This document shows, one piece after another, positions 36,959 to 48,777 of a DNA stretch of 64,000 nt. This stretch comes from Felis catus (Eukaryota). Numbering within the stretch: the first letter of the stretch is position 1; the number at the start of each line of letters is the position of its first letter. The DNA lies in assembly GCF_018350175.1 (NCBI RefSeq), contig NC_058368.1, forward strand, positions 140,308,001 through 140,372,000. Reading direction: 5' to 3'. The notes beneath the pieces are model-generated. The model saw only the letters and a list, made by a program, of their open reading frames with translations. It did no database searches and was not told the DNA's origin. The position numbers and the translations under genes are program-made.

Positions 36959-39804
36959 GTCCAGAAACTTTGAAATAACTTAATTTTCTATATGTTCTGA
37001 GAAACGTATTTCTCATTGGCCTTCACTGCACTGAAGCATGCACAGTTTGTTTGTTTTAGTTTGTACTTAGTCGTTTTCAAATTGAACTTAAAAACTTCCA
37101 AATGGGCTTTAAAGATACGGTACATGTATATAAGTATTTTACTTAAAACTATTTCTGAAACAGCTGCTTTAGATTTATTTAGGGGAATCGACTAGCACAA
37201 AAAGAAAATTTAGAGAGACCCTGGAAAGCAACAAAAATAAGTTACGGAAGAGAAGAGCGTAGAGTGTGAGAAAATAATATGGGTTATAGTGTAATTTAAT
37301 CCAGAGAAGAAATGTCAAGTGTCATTTGATGCCTGTCTCCTATCCCTGAAAAAGGGGACCACTTTTCAGAACCCCTTCCTTCTCCCTATGCCAAATCAAT
37401 AATTGGCATTAAATTGTATCAGGAAGACTCTCAGTTAGAGAACAGGAATCGTTTCCCAAAGTTAAGGGTTTTGAAAATATGGAATAAGTTAGCAAAGGAC
37501 ATTTTTGAAGATGGAATCTGGAATGCATCTTGATAAGGGGAGAGAACTGGCTCAGGAAGGTGGCTCTGGTCCATTCTTTCAGGGAGGGAAAGATACAGAC
37601 AAGGTCATTGTTTCCATCAGTTGTTGTCTGAGCCAATAATTGCCGGTATGAGCTCCTGTTGGTTAACATCATTCTTAGGAAGTTGTCCCAAATGCAGAAG
37701 TGGCAAAAGTAAAAGTAAAAATTTTAAATAACTGAACAAGGTCCTCCAGGGCATAACTAGTTTGGAAGGATAAGAAAGAATTCCATAGGATGTTTACGGT
37801 CTGTATAATGAAAGGGAGAATTATGAATTAGGAGATAATTGTTTAAATTGGCAATTCCATGAGGGGCCTAATCCTTAGCCAAGCCCTGTAGGATCACCTT
37901 CACTCTCCCACATAAAATACCAGCCCAAGTCTGCCCTGGTTTTTGCACCAAAACCTTAGAGTCAAGTGCTCTCTAATTGAGGGTAAAAATTTACTTCATT
38001 TATTTTTTAAAGTATTGTTATTCTGTTAAGAATGTCTAATATGTTTGTGTCTCTGACATGTTTTAAATGATATTGGTTGAAGTTCTAAGCCAACTGTTCA
38101 GTCATCACTAAGAAATGTTTTACATTAGCCATAGAGCGATTAGTAATTTTAATAGTATTAAAATCCTTGTAGAACATACATATTTATTTTAGAAGATGAT
38201 AGAATATTTATTTGTCCTTTAGGAAAAGTGAAATACCACCAGCTAACTCATTTTTTCCAAATAGCTTTCCTATTCAGTATCATAAAATGGCAACTCTTTT
38301 CTGTGCCATGGTACTGATATGGAATAACCTCCGGGGTGTAGACTATCATGAAACAAAGCAAAAAGTGTAGAATAACTTGTCTCGTCTGCTAGCAGTCCAT
38401 ATACAGAACGCTCCTGAAGAGCACATGAGAACCTGGCTACACTGGTTATCTCTGGGCAAAAGAACTGGGTGGCTTGGGAATGGGTGGGGAAGGACTTATT
38501 TTATCCTTTTTTGATGTTTTGCTCTTTGTACCTTGTGTACCCTATGTATATATTATCCACTCATAAAAAAAAAAACCTAAAAAATTGTTTCCCCTTTCTA
38601 AATTCAGTTCTATTTCAGAAAATTGATAATATTCTTACTATGCATCATGACTTACCCTTCTTTAACGGAAAAATTTATAGTTTAGATGGTTTTACTCTAG
38701 ACCCCTGGAGTAGAGGTTCATATAAGATTACTTTTTAAGATGGCGATCTGTTAGGCCACAGTGCACTTTGAGCTGATGAATGCAATCAGGCATTAAGGTG
38801 AGAACAATTTTGAAAGTACTAAAGAATACATAGATCTTAAGTCAGTCAGCTTGCTTGCCTGGGTAGCTCAGACCCTTTCTGTTCCTACTAGGAGTGGTAT
38901 TTGGTATAATAACTTCTTCTACAGTTGAACCAGCATTTTCTTCTCAGTGACTGGCTAAGTATACATTCATGGTCTGTTAATAACTTACCAAGACACATTG
39001 ATGACTATCAGTCTGTGTCTCCTAGAGGTCCTGACCAACACGGACATCTAAGATGTTAGGATCATCATAACTATTAATCCTGTTCACCACCTATAATCCC
39101 TGCCCACAGCAGCACCCAGAAACATCTACAAGTTTTCAAAAATGAGCAGAGCTCTCTAGTCAGTCTGCTTGGTTCAAGGAATACCTGTTGGCTGTGAGAA
39201 GAAAAATATTCATGGAAATGAGTGTAACTTACGAGTTTCTTGAGCCTTGAGTCAATCATCCTCCACATAAATGAAGTAGAATTATTATGTCCTCTCTTCA
39301 GAATCACTGAAATCCCTACACTAGAATGAAGAAGTCTTGAGTTTTTAGCTTGGCAAACAGACTTTCATTAAAAGTGAGCATGAGAGCACATTCTCAAGTT
39401 AGAGCCTTTAACCCCAAAAGAGAGAATTTTTAAATAAAGGCACATGAGCAGGAACGAAAGGATAGGATTGAAAAATAAGGAATCAGTAGCCACAGGTAAA
39501 CTCCAAACACTATACCGTCAATAGGATACTCCACAAAATCTTATGCCAACATTGCAAAGGCTTAATGAAGTTATCTTGAATGCCATCTCTTCTGGTGGAA
39601 AATCGTATTGGTGAGCAATGAGATAGCCGAAGGACAGGCTGTATGAGGAAAAGGTGGGAAAGCTAAGAGCCTAGAAAATTCAAAGGCCAGTGTCCTTTAT
39701 GGAGAGTTTATAAATGGGGCATCAGATCTCTCAACCCATTTGACTTCACTTTGAACCCTGATGGACATAACCATTGATAAGAATTTTTTGTGTGTGTTGG
39801 GCAG

Positions 39805-39938
39805 ATTTCTAGGGATCAAGTTCAAATCCGTAACTTTCAAAGATTCAGTTTTTAAGGACTGCACCTTTAAGGATGTGACTTCAGTCAACACCTACTTCAA
39901 GAACTGCACATTTATTGACACTGTTTTTGATAACACAG
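39805..39938 (+). CDS. SV2C: SV2C coding exon (exon 10 equivalent), 134 bp; pentapeptide-repeat beta-helix of luminal domain 4
   Basis: gttgggcag|A TTT...ACA G|gtaggt. Translates FLGIKFKSVTFKDSVFKDCTFKDVTSVNTYFKNCTFIDTVFDNT, with Phe at nearly every fifth residue. Confidence 0.97.
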
Positions 39939-40369
39939 GTAGGTGTGCTACTTAGCCCTGCCTAGGGCCTCTTCAAATGGCCCAGTTCTTGGCAGAAACG
40001 TGATACCCCTGTGTGGGCAGAGGCTTATGGGGAAAGTAGATATTAAAGTGTAAAGGAATGAATTTCCTTAATCAGGTTAAGCTTACATTATTTGTCTCCC
40101 GTCAGATTTAATGCCGTTGGATTTGCTGAAGTTGAAAGTTGAAAAAAATCCTTTGAGCAATTTTGAAGAAAAGAATTAACCTGTAGTTTGTTTGTTTTGA
40201 TAATCCTGGTTTCATATTCTGATGTCCACTTAAGTGATCATGCCTGAACTTCGGTTAACAGAAACGGACCACATATGCCCATGCTTAATCATAGCTTTTT
40301 AATGCAATCCATGTAATGGAGTCGGGAAAACTCTCCAGGACAAATAGGAGGGGGGAGGTGGAAACACTG

Positions 40370-40550
40370 ATAGAGCACCTACTGTATGCTGGTTCCTACT
40401 CACTATCATTAGACGTTCATTATCTCATTTGTTGAGATGATAGTGGAAACTTGGCAAAATTAAGTAATTTGGCTGCCTTCTTAGACCTAGTAACAGTTAA
40501 CGTTTGGAACCAGTTTTATCTGATTGCAAAGCTCATGCTTTCCCACTCCT
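40370..40550. mobile_element. MIR-like SINE remnant
   Basis: gagcacctactgtatgc...cattatctcattt...ttaagtaatttg...tctgattgcaaagctcatgct. Confidence 0.6.
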
Positions 40551-41386
40551 ACACTCTGGTCCATCTGTCCTATGAGTCTAAAATAACAGCCCCACACTGG
40601 TGGGAGTAAAGCGCTCCACTCTTGGCAGCCCTGCCTTCTTGATGCTCAGACAGGAGCCAATGCTGCCCGGCTCCAGATCAGGGTGGAATCAGGTGCCTTC
40701 GGGGTTTTGTAAAGAATGCTGTCACTGTCTTCTAACCCGATCAACCTCAGAAGACCAGCTGTTTTGATTCCCACTGTCTCTTAGCAGAAGCCACCCCTCT
40801 GCACCCGCTCCTTGAACAGATCCAAGTTCAAGGAAAAAAAAAAAATTCAGCAGTGAGCTTCCAACAAGGTTCCAGTAAGGAACTCTTGTTCCTTTGTATG
40901 TTCCTCCACTTTGACCTCAAGTTACAAATTCAGCCTAAGGAGCCCGACAAAAGTCCCGTTCCTTTTCTTTGCGTCAGAGCCCATAAAATAGCAACGGCAA
41001 GACTGATTCATGCACATTCTGAAACAAATTGTTTTTGTAATTGTAGTAGGGAAGCTATTAGTACTGTAATGATAGTCTTTATGTAACATGATAATTAGAA
41101 CGAAGTAACATTATAAAGAAGTAAGCAAGTAACATAATTAGCAATGGCCAACCATAAGAAATCAGAAAATAAGTGGATTCTTTAATTTATTCCTTTATTC
41201 GACAAACATATCCTTCATTCAGGCTACTTTGTAATGTGACGTTCTAGACCAGTCCCTGTGCTTTGGCCAGACCTTGAAGCCCTCAAGGAGTTTCCAATAC
41301 CATGACTCTTTCCTGAATTCTTGACAGGCTTTTTTATACTGGTGTGGAACTGTAAAGAGCTTGATAAATTGTCTTTGTGTCCACAG

Positions 41387-41590
41387 ATTTTGAGCCATAT
41401 AAATTCATTGATAGCGAATTTCACAACTGCTTGTTTTTTCACAACAAGACGGGATGCCAGATTACCTTTGATGATGACTATAGTGCCTACTGGATTTACT
41501 TTGTCAACTTCCTGGGGACACTGGCAGTGTTGCCAGGGAACATCGTGTCTGCTCTCCTGATGGACAGAATTGGGCGCTTAACGATGCTGG
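41387..41590 (+). CDS. SV2C: SV2C coding exon (exon 11 equivalent), 204 bp; end of luminal domain 4 and TM8
   Basis: tgtccacag|AT...CTG G|gtatgt. Translates (D)FEPYKFIDSEFHNCLFFHNKTGCQITFDDDYSAYWIYFVNFLGTLAVLPGNIVSALLMDRIGRLTML, including the MFS DRIGR motif. Confidence 0.97.
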
Positions 41591-42055
41591 GTATGTGCTT
41601 GGTTTCATGTAAAATAAAGGAGCTGCCCCTGCAATCCACGGGGAGCCCGTTTCCCACTGTCCTCCCTATGCTCTTAGGGATTTGCATCCCACAGAGATGA
41701 GGAGAAATCCCTTAAGACCTTTCATTAAGACTAGAAATTATGTCTAATTACATTTTATTTGAGCGGCTTCCATGAGTTAACAGACTGAAAAACTAATTAT
41801 GTGTGACTAATGTATATTTTTCCACTTAAGTAGCTGAGTAATTGATGATGTGCATTTCATGCTTGCTGTGTTTAGAAGGCTGTTAAAGAGACAAACTTTT
41901 AATACAGGTGAACATACCTGTACCTGAGCTTTATGAAGTCAAGCCTACACCTTCTGCTTGGGATTCACTTTTGCTGAGAGATGTCAAAGACCCAAGGTTC
42001 TTGGTCTACTAAGATGATGAGAAACATTCCAGCCTTTTGTGTTCTTCATTGGCAG

Positions 42056-42215
42056 GTGGTTCTATGGTGCTTTCAGGGATCAGCTGTTTCTTCCTTTGGT
42101 TGGGCAGCAGTGAATCCATGATGGTAGGCGTGCTGTGTCTGTATAATGGATTGACCATCTCGGCCTGGAACTCCCTTGATGTGGTCACTGTGGAACTGTA
42201 CCCCACAGACCGGAG
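42056..42215 (+). CDS. SV2C: SV2C coding exon (exon 12 equivalent), 160 bp
   Basis: cattggcag|GT...CGG AG|gtatgt. Translates (G)GSMVLSGISCFFLWLGSSESMMVGVLCLYNGLTISAWNSLDVVTVELYPTDR(R). Confidence 0.97.
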
Positions 42216-43474
42216 GTATGTTAAAGTGGGCCTCCAGGAAGAGGTGCTCTGAGCTTCATGGGAGCACTGAGAAGTCATAGAATACAAGCCAAACTGTCAT
42301 TTCCCAAAGGAAGTGAAAATCCAAAAATAGTATCTGGTTTATGAGGTTGTAGTTTTCACTCCTATGTCTTAAAAAGAAAATGTAAGGGAATATAGTTGCT
42401 AATGGAAGAAATAATAGGGCAGTGAAACCGGTGAAGGGATTTAATTGTGTCTATGACTTAGTTTGGTGGCTAACAATAGGAGGAACCTACAATGAAGCGG
42501 TGAGGGGCAGGATTTAACCCACATTTTGAGTTGCTCATCAGTCCTGAGAGGGTCCTTACCTTCCTTTGCAAGTGTCTACATGAGCTCTGTATTAAGCAAC
42601 CACGCAGAAGTCTCTAGACCTTATCTTTTGACCTTCCTGGTCTGTTGGAGGGAAGCCCACCACATTTCCAGTTACAACAACAACAGCAACAACACAGATT
42701 GCTATTAGAAGAAAAGTATGCATCAGACCCAAAGTGGAGACAAAAAGACTATACCTTTATCAGAGAAGGGGCTAAAAGGTAGAGTTTGGGGGTAGAGCTA
42801 TAGCAGCTGAAAAACTGAAAGAATAAAAACCCTTTTTTTTCCATTTGACATGAGCAAAGACAAATGGCCTCTGCCTTTTTTAATTTCATGTATACTTTGT
42901 CACCACAGAAGCCCTTTCTGCTGGAGGATAGGGTCAGTAGTCTCTGGACTCCAAAGTGGAGAAGGGATTTTTCTAGGACTATGCAGACATTTGGGGTAAG
43001 AATTTTCAACTGATCCTGAGTCCCTCCTTTTGTTTACTGGCCCCAATGGGGTACATCCTCTGCCTGTCCAGACTCTCTAGCTTAGATTTCTTCTTCATGA
43101 ACATCTATCACTGAGCATATAGGACACTAGCAGAAGTATATACCCATCTCCTGAAGAACATCTCAAACTCTCATGGATGTCTAATCAAATATTATTCTAA
43201 GTAACCTCCTATTGAATATTTAGGCTCTGAAAGGAACCACGTACTCCACATAAAGCATCTCCTTCATTCATTCAACAAACATTGATTCTCGTTTGTGAGT
43301 GAGCTCCTGGGACAAATGCCAAAGGCCTTAGGATGAGGGTGCTGCCAAAAGAGAGAGAGAGAGATTAGGACTCATTAAGACTCTGCAGTCTTAATTGAGT
43401 ATTCTTTTATCAACCCTTCATCTTGCAAACAGGGCCCAGAGGTAGATTAAACTATACATTTAAAATAACACCCT

Positions 43475-43719
43475 GGGGTGCCTGGGTGGCTCAGTCAGTT
43501 GAGCATCTGACTGTTGATTTCGGCTCAAGTCATGATCCAGGGTCGTGGGATCAAACCCCACATTGGAGTCCACACTGGGCATAGAGCCTGCTTGGGATCT
43601 CTCTCCCTCCCTCTCCCTCCCTCTCCCTCCCTCTCCCTCCCTCTCCCTCCCGCTCCCTCTCCCTCTCCCCCAAGTGTGTGCTCACACTCTCGCTCTCTCT
43701 CTCTCAAAATAAAATAAAA
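43475..43719 (+). mobile_element. CanSINE with expanded (CTCTCCCTCC)n
   Basis: ggggtgcctgggtggctcagtc head; aaaataaaataaaa tail. Confidence 0.9.
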
Positions 43720-45394
43720 TTAACCCCTTAATGTTAAAGCAAAGCTATGGCATTGTCAGATGCCTTTTTGTTATGCATTTAAGAGTTTGATATTCTTTTA
43801 GATAACTCAGGTGCTAATCCATCTACCATAAGGGATGGTACTCCTCTATGGCAAAATCTGGCTTCAAGAAAACCCATGAATTTGGCAGATCCCCCCCATG
43901 AGAAACATAGGCCAGCTCTAATTCTGTTGTTGAAAATGTTAAACATCAACTAAAGCAAGAACAGAAACATGCACAAATTTTATTAGGAGACACGCCTGTG
44001 TGAGAGAGAACAGAGAGGGAAGTGAAGTCTGGGAGAGTTGCCCCGAAGCCTGAGCCCCAGCAAAGGACCGAGGAAGGATATTTGGGTGGACTGCCCCAGA
44101 CCTCCAGCAGTCTCAGGAAGGTTTGGCAAGGCTGTTGAAGGGGGCAGGGGGTGACCTCAGCTTCCAACAAGTCCTGTGTGTCCCGAGAACCAGCCTGCAG
44201 TAGCACTCCGGACATGCTCAATTATTGGAACAGCAGAACGTGGGGATGGATTTGAGAGCACAGCAGCTGGGGCAGCAACTTGGATGTCCGAAAGGTGTGT
44301 CTACACCTCAGCCGCACCTTTGCTGGAGGACACTCTCCAGCTCTTATACAAATGTAATTAGATACTGTGCAGCAAGTCAGTGTGTTCAGTGATCGAGAGA
44401 TAACTGGCCCTCCAGCACTGCCAGGGCCCCGGTGAAGGAGCTAGTACTCCCAACTCTGTTTCCAGCTAAAACTGTCTCTTCCATCTCTGCCGTGTTCCTC
44501 TGGGTCACACAAAGAGGTCTCCATGGCTCTCTGGCTCATCTGTCATAGGAAAATGCCAACTGTTTTGAGTGCAAGCATCCTATGGCCTCTTCTCCCCAAG
44601 AAGGCAAAAGAGTACATCTTGACAAGAATTCGGACTAGAGCCTGTGATATTTCATATTGGAACGTAAGCACCGCCAATTCCCTGCCCAGTTTCTAGAATC
44701 TGCCCTTCATGATCACAATAGGATGCTCTGCTTCCAGGTCCCAAGCTCAAAAAGTAACTTTTGAAGCCATTTAACAGTGATTCCCTATCCAAATCCCAGT
44801 CCAAATGATTCTATCTGGGGAACATAATGGAAGGTATAGTCTAAGTGCTATGGCAGTTACTTAACACTTGAAAACCACATTTGTCAAGCACATGATGGCT
44901 TTTCTTTTAATGTTATATACCTTTGGCTTTTCCTAGGGGTTATGTTTGCCTTTACTGTGAAACACCAATGAGGACAGGACACCACCCTTTACAGTGTACT
45001 TTTCCCTCTGTGCACAGTCCACCCCCCAGTATGCAGGGAGCTCTGGAACCCCTCGTAAGCAGCTGCTCTGTTCCTTCATTTCATGTGATAAAAATTGGTA
45101 ATTCTTCACATTTCACTCTCTCTTAGGCAGTAAGGGGGCCCATCTCTTCTAAATCTGCGTGGTCCAGCTAGTGCTTTGTTCCTTCTCATTCTGATTTGCC
45201 CTCTTTTCTTCCTCTTTTATTGAGTTTGTGTTTTTCATAAGTTACCCAAATTATTTCCCAAAGAGGCAAGGAAATTAAAAATCGGAATTAGACACCCTTA
45301 CAAAAAATTGCACTTTTTTGTGCCTAAAACGTGAAACAGGAAGTACCTACAAGCACTTTTTGTTAAGAAAACTTCTGTTTTCCCCCTCTGCATG

Positions 45395-46090
45395 CCACAT
45401 TTTACTTCTGAACACCAGGTGTTGGGGGGGGGGGGAGTTCTTAATTTTTTACAATTCATAACAAACAACTGCTATATGTCCTACGACTTAATTCTGACAG
45501 CATCTATCTGGAAATAGCCTCAGATCCTACAGGCTAGGGTCTCAGTTCCCACAAGACTGCCCCCATTTCAGACGCCAAACACAAGTCAGGTTATCACCTG
45601 CACTTCTGACCTACTGGCTATAAAGTGGAGTTCTCACAACCCCTTCCTTGGGTTTGAGAATTTGAATGGCTCGCAGAACTGAAGGGAACATTTACTTACA
45701 TTTACCAATTTTATAAAAAGATGCAATTCAGGAAGAGCCAGATGGAAAAGATGCATAGGGTGGGGTATGAGGGAAGGGCCCGGAAGCTTCTGCTTCTCCA
45801 GCTGCTACTACCCTCCCAGTTCTTCCAGTGTTGACCAACTTGGAATGTCAGCATCTTGTGGTTCAGGATTTTTATAGAGCCTAATCTCTAGCCCACCCCT
45901 TCCCAGTTCCAACCCTCTAATCACTTGCTCTTTCTAGATCAGCCCCATCTGGTCGCTTTCTAGGGGCCCCACCCTAAGTCACCTCCTTAGCATAAACTCA
46001 GGCATGATGAGACGGCTGCATTATGAATAACTGAAGGCATGCCTGTCACTCAAGTTTTAGCAGCTAGAAACCTGGACAGAGACCCCCATA
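45395..46090 (-). mobile_element. MER21-like LTR
   Basis: cagatcctacagg...ctcagttcccacaagactgccccc.tttcaga...cacttctgacc...ttagcataaactcagg; antisense to the 3958 element. Confidence 0.7.
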
Positions 46091-46454
46091 TGTTTCTTAG
46101 AGCACACCTTTCTCCTGTGCAAGTGTCACTATGATTCTTCTATCTTTAAAACCTTAGCATCAAAAGTAAGCATGACATAATGATGGCAGTCTTAAACAGA
46201 TACTTGGTGACATTTCAGCTTTCCCCTCAGGTTAGAAAGATAATGGACAGTAACGGTGCATAATACAATCAGGGGCAGAGAAAGGAGTGGAAGGACCCTC
46301 ACAAAGACACAGACTTGTAGAAAACTCTGGGCTGGTAGTGCATCCCCACTGAGTCATTTTAGTGGAGTCTGTGTAAGATCCAGTTTGTTGATGGAGATGT
46401 GCGGGGATCCATTTTTTGAAATAGAAGCTTAGGGAAACATTTTAGTATATTCAT

Positions 46455-47050
46455 TCTCTGACACTCTCTGACACCAAATATATGGCGTCTTTTCCAACAC
46501 CAACCAGTTCTCCAATCCTGACACCACGTGGAGTTAGCATCAGATCCTACAAGTTAAAGGGCTCAGTGTCATGAGACTGCCCCTATTTCAGATTCCAGCT
46601 GCAAATGGGGTGCCCAGGCGACTCACACTTCTGCCCAGCCAACTACAAATTGATGAATTTCCACAACCCTGAACAGATTTGATACTTTACTATATAAAGT
46701 ACTTGGGTGAGGTAAGGAAGAGTCCCAAGTGCGGGAGCCTCTGTTCCCATGGAATTAGTTAACTTACACCACCCGGTTTCCATGTGAATGCTTTCACCAG
46801 CCTGGAAGCTCTCTGGATTTATAGAGGTTTCATTATGGAGGCATGACTGATTAAATCATTGGTCATTGGTGACTTAATTTCATCTCCAGCTCCTCTCCCT
46901 TACCTAGAAGTTTGGGGTGGAGTGGGGGGCTAAATTTTTCAACTGTCTATTCATATGGTTGGTTATTTCCAGAGACCAGCCCCCATCCAGAAGCTATCTA
47001 GGAACCCCTTAAAATAAAGCAGAGATGACCTGTAGTTTTCTGTTATTATG
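46455..47050 (-). mobile_element. Second MER21-like LTR
   Basis: cagatcctacaag...gctcagt...gactgcccctatttcaga...ggcatgactgattaaatcattgg. Confidence 0.65.
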
Positions 47051-47069
47051 TGGAAAAACTGAGATTTTA

Positions 47070-47291
47070 TTGTTTTTATTTTTTTTTAATGTCTAGTCAT
47101 TTTTTGAGAGGCAAGAAGGGACAGAGCGTGGGCAGGGGAGGGGCAGAGAGAGAGAGGGAGACACAGAATCCGAAGCAGGCGCCAGGCTCTGAGCTGTCAA
47201 CACAGAGCCCAACGCGGAGCTCGAACCTACAAACAAGATCATGATCTGAACTGAAGTCAGATGCTTCACTGACTGAGCCACACAGGAGCCC
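47070..47291 (-). mobile_element. CanSINE
   Basis: TSD ctgagatttta; gactgagcca end. Confidence 0.88.
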
Positions 47292-47419
47292 TGAATGCTG
47301 AGATTTTAAAGACTGATACAACTCAATGTTACCCAGAGTAGGTGAGGGTGGAATTAGTGCTCAGAGACTGTTGTGGGAATTCTAAAACCAGGCACAACAT
47401 TTTTAGAGGGAGGAATTTT

Positions 47420-48750
47420 TTCCTATAGGTGAGGTGTTGTTTCCTCTGACTGCTCTCAAGACTTCGTCTTGGTGTGGACTTCTTTGGGTTACTATGTTTG
47501 AGGTTCATGCAGCTTCTTGAATCTGTGGTTTGTGTCTCTCGGCAAATTTGTCAGGTTGTCAGCCATTATATATTTGAATATGTTTTCTCTTCTTCTGCCT
47601 AAACTCCAGTGACATAAATATAAGATCTTTTGTTACAGTCCCACAGGTCCTTGATGCTCAGGTGATTTGTTTTTAGTCTATTTGCTCTGTTTTTCTGATT
47701 GGATACTTTCCAGTGTGTTCTCTTCCAGTTCACTGATTCTTTCCGCTGACTCCTCCATTCTGTTGTGGAACCCAGTCACTAGGCATTTTTTTTTCTATTT
47801 GTCATGATGTTTCCTATATTCTTTATTTTTCAAGTGTGTTGATAATTGCTCAGTGAAGCATTATCATCATGACTGCTTTAAAATCTTTATCAGATAATGC
47901 TAATATCTGTCATCTCAGTATTGGCATCTCTTAATTATCTTTCCTCATTTTGTTTGAGATCTTCCCAATTGTTCTTAGGATGACTGATATTCAATTGAAA
48001 GCAGTCATTTTCATCTTTTGTTATACTTTAAATCTCTTGTAACCCATTAATTTCTAGAGCTCTCTGGGAGGAGAGAAGGGTATGCTACCTCATTATTGCC
48101 AGGTGAAGGTAGATGTCCAATGTCCCCACTCAGCCTCTATTAACAACCAACCAAGAGGGGGTATCCTCATTACTGCTGTCCCCCAGTGGGAGTCCAGTCT
48201 CCCCTCATGATCATGATACCATGAAGGGGAAGAAGGGAGAAGGGAAGGAGCTCATTACTGGCCAGCAAGAGTCCCAGTTCTCTACTTAGCCTTCCCTGGT
48301 ACCACTTCAGAGGCAATATCGAGGCACCTCATTACCGTTTTGTGAAGGTGGAAGTCTCTCTCCTTGGCATTTGCTTGTATGCCCGGCAGTTAGGGCAACT
48401 ATTTTCCTGGTATTCGTTTGGAAAAGAAAGAGTATTATCTAAACATATTCTACCTTTCTAGGCTGCTCCTCATTGGGCAAGAGAGAGCAGAGTTTGTTGA
48501 AGCTTTTAAAATAATCTGTAGGTGGTGGTATTTCCACACCGCCATGTTCTTTGGTTCCGAGTCTGAGACCAGTGCAGCAAAAATGAATAAATAAATAGAA
48601 ATAAAGTTTTATAATGCAGGGTACTCACACCTCTCAAGTTCCCTAGCTACTCTGCTTTTTCCTTCTGTCTTTCAGAGTCTTATGTTTGCTTTATAGTAGC
48701 CAGTATTTTTTAGCTGTAGTTAGTGGGAATAGTCATGAAAGTATGACTAT
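47420..48750 (-). mobile_element. Old L1 5'/ORF1-region fragment
   Basis: T-rich antisense motifs gcttcttgaatctgt, tcagccattat, tcttccagttcactgattcttt, ctgctttaaaatcttt. Confidence 0.6.
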
Positions 48751-48777
48751 TCCATCTCCATATGAATTTTAATATTA

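Noticed and set aside
32505..39804. A second, human-like copy of exon 9 (mutually exclusive exon) that would explain the divergent one
   Set aside because: I read both flanking introns and found no second YYGLSVWF or DEYALL-type exon; a TBLASTN of the window would confirm this.
43940..44900. Possible ERVL-type LTR/internal remnant (similar impression at about 27865-28330)
   Set aside because: The resemblance is too weak to name a family or set boundaries without a Dfam search.
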